NCBI GenBank assembly: GCA_003598055.1
Contig: QZKI01000095.1
Location: forward strand, 11,194 to 75,193
Source of the DNA: Candidatus Abyssobacteria bacterium SURF_17
GTDB taxonomy: Bacteria > Abyssobacteria > SURF-5
Direction of reading: 5' to 3'
Length of the DNA stretch: 64,000 nucleotides
Positions 58,080 to 64,000 of this stretch are shown in pieces. The position numbers and the translations under genes are program-made. Under the pieces are notes generated by a model. The model saw nothing but the letters and a program-made list of their open reading frames with translations. It ran no database searches and was not told the DNA's origin. Each line of letters opens with the position of its first letter. Positions within the stretch are counted from its first letter, which is position 1.

Positions 58080-59069
58080 ATGATTGGCCCGATGGACGAA
58101 TACCTCATTCATCAAATAGTGGCGCCGGTTGCCAAGGTGGTCTCGGACAACCCGAACTGGCAAGACCGCTTTTACTTCAACTTCATTGACCCGGAAAAGC
58201 GACTGGCCGGGATTCTCGGAATGGGTGTGTTCCCTAACGGGAACTTTTTCCAGGGTATTCTCAATATCGTGGCCGACGAGAAACTTATATGCCGGAACTA
58301 TTTCCGTCCCCTTGAAAACGACCGACACCAAATACACGCGGGTTCTCTTCGCATAGAGGTGGCTGAGCCGCTCAGGAAATGGGATATTAAACTGGATGAG
58401 CCGGACCTGAACGTGTCTCTGAATCTCGGCTTTACGGGACGCGGCGAGGCCTATGAGTTCGATGCGATCAAATGGGAAAAGAATGGAGCCATCGTGTGGA
58501 ATCAGTGCCACTACACACAGGCAGGCGCGTACGGGGGACTCCTTAGGGTAGGCGACCGCACCATTACCAGGCTCGTCGGAATCCGTGACCGCTCTTGGGG
58601 CATCAGAGACATGTTTCAACTCGATTTTTGGATTTGGATTAGCGCCAACTTCGACCGCTATTGGCTGACTGCATGGCTCGGAGAGACGAGCGCGGGAGAC
58701 CTCATCGCGGTTGACGGCGCCGTCTGCGGCGATGACGGTTCGCGGGAAAGAATTGTATCGCTCGACTATGACATCGCGTTCGTGAAAGGTTTGAGAACGC
58801 CCGCCTCTTCCTCATATCGTATCCAAACCGAAACGGGCCGCACCATGAGGCTTTCGGCACGCGCGCTCCAGACGATTTACGTCTCTCTGATTGATGGAAT
58901 CTATGACCTCACCGACCGCCAAATTCTTGCCGAGAAAGATGAATCCACCATCATTTTCGACCAGGTACAGGAATTCGACCTGGATGGCGATTCCGGCCTC
59001 GGCCTTATCGAATTCTTCGTCATGGGCGGCTGTCACAAGTATCCGGACACGTGGAACGCGAGGCGCTGA
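58080..59069 (+). CDS. Hypothetical beta-barrel protein (tocopherol cyclase/hydratase-like fold inferred)
   Basis: DEYLIHQ, WQDRFYFN, HYTQAG and RDRSWGIR motifs. Confidence 0.65.
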   Translation: MIGPMDEYLIHQIVAPVAKVVSDNPNWQDRFYFNFIDPEKRLAGILGMGVFPNGNFFQGILNIVADEKLICRNYFRPLENDRHQIHAGSLRIEVAEPLRKWDIKLDEPDLNVSLNLGFTGRGEAYEFDAIKWEKNGAIVWNQCHYTQAGAYGGLLRVGDRTITRLVGIRDRSWGIRDMFQLDFWIWISANFDRYWLTAWLGETSAGDLIAVDGAVCGDDGSRERIVSLDYDIAFVKGLRTPASSSYRIQTETGRTMRLSARALQTIYVSLIDGIYDLTDRQILAEKDESTIIFDQVQEFDLDGDSGLGLIEFFVMGGCHKYPDTWNARR

Positions 59070-59227
59070 ACTGACTAGGACATTTCACCCATGGAATCGC
59101 TCTTGGGAGATCACGACAAAGCATACCAATGGCTAACGCTGAGTGCTGTATGCAATCCCGGCTGCTTGCCATGCAAATTTCCATCGATATCAATAACCGC
59201 GTGGTAACATAAAAAAGGAATTCGCAC

Positions 59228-59854
59228 ATGGAAGAACAAGAGATGCTAAGAGAGAGAATGAAACTTCTGGCAGAGCGTCAATGGAACATACCTGCCATCA
59301 AAAAAAGGTTTGACAGGCTAGTTACAAGAGGTATTCCAGAAATTCCTCATAAGAAGGAGGATTTCAGTTCTCGACGGGGTGAGATTCTGGACCTCATTCA
59401 ACTCCGCGCTGAAGAGTATTGCTACCTCACCAGGAATTGCGCCAGAGGTTCCGCCACAGCTTTATTTGAAGCATTCGGTATCGGCTCCATGGAAATGGTA
59501 AAAGGACTGGCGCCATTTCCGGGTTTGGTTATGACAGGCGGGGCCTGTGGTCCGATAACGGCTGGTCTCATGGCAATTGCCCTATGTTGTTGCGATGATG
59601 ACTTGACGAATTGGCAGGATGTAAATCCGTATCTGCTGGGTCGAGAATTCTTGACCCGTTTTAAGGAAGCATTCGGCTCTATTCTGTGTCCTGGGGTGCA
59701 AGAGCGCATTTTGGGCAGATATTTCGACCCGTTGGCCAGTTGGGAGAACCACGAAGAATTCCTTAACTCAGGTGGTCGTGAAAAATGCCCTCTTGCTCCA
59801 GGCATAGGAGCAAGATTGGCCGCCGAAATAATTATTGAAACTATGGGAAGGTAG
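59228..59854 (+). CDS. C-GCAxxG-C-C family putative redox protein
   Basis: NCARG, GACGPITAG, FGSILC and KC motifs. Confidence 0.8.
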   Translation: MEEQEMLRERMKLLAERQWNIPAIKKRFDRLVTRGIPEIPHKKEDFSSRRGEILDLIQLRAEEYCYLTRNCARGSATALFEAFGIGSMEMVKGLAPFPGLVMTGGACGPITAGLMAIALCCCDDDLTNWQDVNPYLLGREFLTRFKEAFGSILCPGVQERILGRYFDPLASWENHEEFLNSGGREKCPLAPGIGARLAAEIIIETMGR

Positions 59855-59883
59855 TATTCTCGGACATCTACAAGGAGCATATT

Positions 59884-60576
59884 ATGCCAGAACAAAAGAT
59901 CCATAGATCTTCATGCGCATCCTGCGAACTTGACATTCTCAGCAGGATTTGCGTGTTGCCAAGCGGCGAGGGGAGCAAAAGCTGTCCCACTCTGACCAGG
60001 CCTGCTGTCTTGGCCGAAGCGAGTAAGGAGTATGATGACCCTGCCGTGCGGGAATTCGCTCGCCAGGCCTCTATCCAAGAAGCTGAATGCTACGCCAATC
60101 GCGACCAACAGCCTTACATTCTCCAGCCTACGAAAACGCGTCTTGTCGAAATCATCGAGTTCGCAAAGAAGATGAAATATCAACGCCTGGGCCTGGCGTT
60201 CTGTCTCGGCCTGATTCAAGAAGCGAACGTGGTCAATCGCATTCTCGAGGGGCATGGGTTTGAAGTTGTCTCGATCCTGTGCAAGGCGGGTCGCGTGTCA
60301 AAGGAAACGATCGGTCTCACGGAGGAGGAAAAGATATACCGAGGCATGGATGAGCCTATGTGCAATCCCATCTACCAAGCCAAATTGCTCAACCATGAAA
60401 AAACCGACTTCAATATCCTGCTTGGGCTCTGTGTCGGACACGATTCACTATTTTTTAAATATGCCCAGAGCCCGACCACTGTTCTGGCGGTTAAGGACCG
60501 CGTTACCGGCCACAATCCTCTGGCTGCGGTATATTTGGCCGAATCGTATTATCAAAAAATACGATTTCCCAGTTAA
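59884..60576 (+). CDS. DUF1847 family Cys-rich protein
   Basis: TRLVEII, GLAFCLGL, MCNPIYQA, LGLCVGHDSLF and KDRVTGHNP motifs. Confidence 0.88.
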   Translation: MPEQKIHRSSCASCELDILSRICVLPSGEGSKSCPTLTRPAVLAEASKEYDDPAVREFARQASIQEAECYANRDQQPYILQPTKTRLVEIIEFAKKMKYQRLGLAFCLGLIQEANVVNRILEGHGFEVVSILCKAGRVSKETIGLTEEEKIYRGMDEPMCNPIYQAKLLNHEKTDFNILLGLCVGHDSLFFKYAQSPTTVLAVKDRVTGHNPLAAVYLAESYYQKIRFPS

Positions 60577-60659
60577 GCGGACGATCGAGCCGGGCTCTTG
60601 ATTATCAGGCGCGGTCAAGCAAGTTCGGCTCTGGTAAGAAGCAAGATTTGAACCCGATT

Positions 60660-60875
60660 TCACCGCGTGAAAGCCTCGAAAGTATCTCGAGGCTATCTTC
60701 CATATTATGGCCGAAACGCAGGCCGCAAGGGCAAAAGACATTGCACGGGGGCTAGAAGTAAGAGGGTCCAGCATGAGGGAGCACTCCGTGCGCTTGCCGA
60801 AAAGCAACTTATCAACTGCGCGCTTTGCGATATCGTCACACTCACGGCAAAAGGAAAGAAGCTCGCCGCCGATGG
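60660..60875 (+). pseudogene. Truncated, frameshifted DtxR/MntR metal-dependent regulator
   Basis: Joined frames read YLEAIFHIMAETQAARAKDIARGLEVRGSS / ALRALAEKQLIN..DIVTLTAKGKKLA (wHTH only). Confidence 0.8.
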
Positions 60876-60947
60876 ACGGCCTTATAAATCAGAAGGCTGA
60901 AATGCTTTAGGGTGCCGATATCGAATACCGACTATTAGAGGCTCGAA

Positions 60948-61670
60948 ATGCAACAAGATGTCGCAAAGATGCCTGCGAGAATACTTCTCCTATTCGAGAT
61001 TTCTATTTTCTTTCAAAGGCAAGTGTTAAGGAGACGTTATGGAAAGCAACGAACCGACATCTGGCTGAAGAGAGCCCGGAAACTATTCAAATCGCTCTAT
61101 CCATTGATTCCGGATATTGGCGGCAGGAAGAATTTTCTTACTATAAACCTCGAATTGGCTGCCTTCTTTATGCCAATGGTCGTTATCTTGAAAGAAGAGC
61201 ATTTTTCGACCAAAGAGATAGGCGAGTTCATTTTTGATTTCGCGGACAGAACATGTAACGCTGCTCCACTGCCGTTTCGACTAATAAAGAGGTCTTCATA
61301 TTTCAGGAAAAGGACCATTGAGAAGTGGAGGCTGGCGGCAAAGGAGTCTAGTCTCCGCAAGTTTCCCGCGGATTGGGTCTTCGAATTTGTTGAAGGAGGA
61401 GAAGACTATCCTTTTGGCTATGATATCAAAGAATGCGGTATTCATAAGTTTTGGCGCTCTAACGGACTTGAAGAATTCGTTCCCTATCTGTGTCTTACCG
61501 ATTGGGCAAAGTGGAAGTCAATTGGAATACCCGTTGAAAGGATTAAGACTATTACCAATGGTCATGAAATATGCGATTTCAGGTATTGCAGAGAAAAGAA
61601 AGAATGCCCATCAGGGTGGCCTCCAGAATCAAACCCTGAATGGACCGGTAAATTCGAGAAAACCAATTAA
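60948..61670 (+). CDS. L-2-amino-thiazoline-4-carboxylic acid hydrolase-like family protein
   Basis: GYDIKECGI, PYLCLTD and TITNGHEICDFR motifs; visibly AT-richer than its neighbours. Confidence 0.75.
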   Translation: MQQDVAKMPARILLLFEISIFFQRQVLRRRYGKQRTDIWLKRARKLFKSLYPLIPDIGGRKNFLTINLELAAFFMPMVVILKEEHFSTKEIGEFIFDFADRTCNAAPLPFRLIKRSSYFRKRTIEKWRLAAKESSLRKFPADWVFEFVEGGEDYPFGYDIKECGIHKFWRSNGLEEFVPYLCLTDWAKWKSIGIPVERIKTITNGHEICDFRYCREKKECPSGWPPESNPEWTGKFEKTN

Positions 61671-61742
61671 CAAGAAAGCAAGCCCAGAATACTTTTTCTG
61701 GTCTGCACTTCCAGATCCCAACCACAAAAGTGCATTTTCCAT

Positions 61743-62133
61743 AGCGGTGGCCTCGTCATCGGGTCGGAGATTGAGGAATCGAAGGCGGCAAGAGCGCGCG
61801 GTCATTTGGAGGAGGTTGGATTAAGTGAATATGTCGATATCCGAATCGGTGATGCCCAGCAGACCCTTGCACATCCCGGCGGCGCGGTGGATATGGTCTT
61901 GATGGATGGATGGAAGAACCTCTATCTTCCGGTTATTAATGATTGCTCTGCATCTCCGTCCCGGCGCAGTTGTCTTGTCGGATAACATCAACACTTTCAA
62001 GGGGACGCTGGCGCCATATGTAGCGTGTATGGAGAATCGGGCGAACGGGTTTCGGTCTGTCACGCTCCCTCTGGGAGAAGGGTTACAGTTTTCGGTCCGG
62101 CTGTCGTCCGATACGCATCGGAGGAAGCTCTAA
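61743..62133 (+). pseudogene. 5'-truncated, frameshifted O-methyltransferase
   Basis: GGLVIGSEIEESKAARARGHLEEVGLSEYVDIRIGDA..DMVLMDGWKNLYLPVI, frameshift near 61938, then LRPGAVVLSDN..SVTLPLGEG. Confidence 0.8.
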
Positions 62134-62313
62134 GCGTCGGGGACGCCCCTGCCCGATCACATAATGGGCATGAATAATACCGTGTCTCGGGCAATCCCTC
62201 TCCGCGGACGGCTTGCTTCCGGACGAGTCAGATTCTTGATTCCTTTTCCGAGAATTTAAAGAAAGCGTCTTCCCCTGCGGCAAAGCATTGCGAGGGGAAG
62301 ACGCTTCCACTTA

Positions 62314-63723
62314 TTACAGCGCACGCATGAATGCTACGAGATCCTCCTTCTCCTCTTGCGTGAGGTTCAGGTCAAGGACTAGGTTGAAGAATTCGACCGT
62401 ATCGTCCAGCGTTAGCAGTCGCCCGTCATGCAGGTACGGCGGTGAATCCTTGATTCCCCGCAGGGGGAACGTCTTGATGGGGCCGTCCGCTGATGCGAAC
62501 CTTCCGTTAATCATCTGCGGCTCGTAGAACCGTTCAACCTTCAGATTGTGCATGAGATTGTCGGTGTAGTACGGGGCCGGATGGCAGGGAGCGCATTTCC
62601 CTTTTCCGAAGAATACTTCCTCTCCGCGCACTTCCGCTTCGGTCGCCTTCTTGGGGTCCAGTCTGCCAAACACGTCGAGCTTTGGAGCCGGCGGAAAATC
62701 GAGGAGCGCCTGGAACTCGGCCATGAAGTGGACCTGACTGCCTCGCTCGAGGATATTGACGCCCTTCTTCGTTGCGATTACCGGGTCGCCGTCGAAGTAG
62801 GCCGCCCGCTGCTCAAATTCGGTGAAGTCTTCGATGGACTTGAGCGCGCGCTGCGATCCGAACAGTCTCTGGATATTCACGCCACGCAGGGGGGGCGTAT
62901 CGAGCCGATGACGGAATTGCTGGGGACGAATGTCTCCAACAAGATGGGTGCTCGCGTTTGTGTGGCCGTTTGCGTGACAGTCGAAGCACGTCACGCCGCG
63001 GCTTGGTCTTTCGGACCTGCGGTCTTCCGTCTGGTTGAACTGCTGTTGCGGGAAGGGTGTCACTAATAAGCGCAATCCTTCGATTTGTTTCGGGTTGAGA
63101 ATCCCATTGAACAACTCGTAGTAATTGTCAATCGTCACGAGTTTGCCCTGTGACACATCTCCGAGGTCGGGCCGTGTTGTCAAATAGATGGGTGCTGGAA
63201 ACTCCGGCAACAAGTGGTCCGGCAAATCGAAATCAAGGTCAAACCGGGTGAGGTCGCGTCCCTCCTGTTTCTTGATTTCATCGATATGGAATTTGGGAAA
63301 CAGCATGCCGCCTTCCGGGTGATTGGGATGCGGAAGCGGCATGAATCCTGCCGGAAACAGTCCCTTATTCTTGAGTTGCTCGGGACTCATAGCGGCGAGC
63401 ATGTCCCAATTAAAGCCTTTTGGAAGCTTCGCGCGAACGCCTTCCTGAACCGGCTTCCCGCGTGACATCGTTACGCCCTTGGCCGGACGATTGCTTAAAT
63501 CATAGCGCTCCTCGAGCAGCGCCATCTGCCGCTTCATGACCTCAGCCTTTGCGGCCTTCATGCGGGCCATGATTGAGGTGAAGTCCTCTTCGACGTCGAC
63601 GGGAACGTAGCTCGTCTTGCCTCTTTTCTCATAGTCCTGGGCGTAGGCAACGCCGATGACGACGAGGATAGCGCAGAGCACTCCTATCGCCACCCACGCC
63701 CGTTTCAGAATGTCTCGTCTCAT
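62314..63723 (-). CDS. Di-haem cytochrome c peroxidase/MauG-like exported protein
   Basis: Signal peptide; CFDCH and CAPCH haem motifs; TFPLRG..PPYLHDG; AAGGAG RBS. Confidence 0.88.
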   Translation of the reverse strand: MRRDILKRAWVAIGVLCAILVVIGVAYAQDYEKRGKTSYVPVDVEEDFTSIMARMKAAKAEVMKRQMALLEERYDLSNRPAKGVTMSRGKPVQEGVRAKLPKGFNWDMLAAMSPEQLKNKGLFPAGFMPLPHPNHPEGGMLFPKFHIDEIKKQEGRDLTRFDLDFDLPDHLLPEFPAPIYLTTRPDLGDVSQGKLVTIDNYYELFNGILNPKQIEGLRLLVTPFPQQQFNQTEDRRSERPSRGVTCFDCHANGHTNASTHLVGDIRPQQFRHRLDTPPLRGVNIQRLFGSQRALKSIEDFTEFEQRAAYFDGDPVIATKKGVNILERGSQVHFMAEFQALLDFPPAPKLDVFGRLDPKKATEAEVRGEEVFFGKGKCAPCHPAPYYTDNLMHNLKVERFYEPQMINGRFASADGPIKTFPLRGIKDSPPYLHDGRLLTLDDTVEFFNLVLDLNLTQEEKEDLVAFMRAL

Positions 63724-64000
63724 GAATCGCTCTCCTTTCATTCTTTGTTTGTGAAAACCGAAATTCTGGCGGCAAAAACAGAATACCCTTCATATCATAG
63801 ACCACCACCTCCTCATAGTATCCCGTATAGGATTCATAATTATTTAAGAATAATTACTAAGTGCTAGCCAAAAACATTCTTCTCTTCGTGCTCGTATAGT
63901 GACTATTTGTCCTTTCTCTCCCTTCGATTCAGACACTCCTTGCACAGACCCATCAACTGTACCTGTCGGTCATTGATAATGCCCCACCCCCTCGCGCGAC

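Overview
GC-rich bacterial chromosomal window with a gene set that looks anaerobic (B12 radical SAMs, 2-hydroxyacyl-CoA dehydratase, Fe-S aldo/keto reductase, hemerythrin, di-haem peroxidase). It holds about 50 CDS, one tRNA (CAT anticodon, Ile2-like), two decayed pseudogenes and several families of short palindromic repeats or MITEs. I saw no CRISPR array, rRNA, integrase or intact transposase. Main blocks: GH3 acyl-amido synthetase coupled to a 7TM sensor (left edge); an envelope-modification cluster (GT-C-type membrane proteins, GT9, methyltransferase, two B12 radical SAMs); a LeuCD-like/isocitrate-lyase-family/methyltransferase group; NfeD-slipin; a MoxR AAA+-vWA fusion; ECF sigma/anti-sigma/ankyrin; leuA; and a lipid-catabolic cluster with two phytoene-dehydrogenase-family paralogs, each followed by an SCP2 gene. 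Strongest hidden signals: (1) an A10 run at the AAA/vWA junction followed at once by TGA-TGA in the -1 frame, a candidate programmed frameshift or slippage site giving two proteins from one gene; (2) an unlisted 58-aa leader ORF with 8 Leu in 9 codons in front of leuA; (3) an unlisted 7TM-receptor ORF overlapping the GH3 stop; (4) an anti-sigma ending in a ZU5-like HFS motif. All product calls come from reading motifs by eye; no database searches were run.
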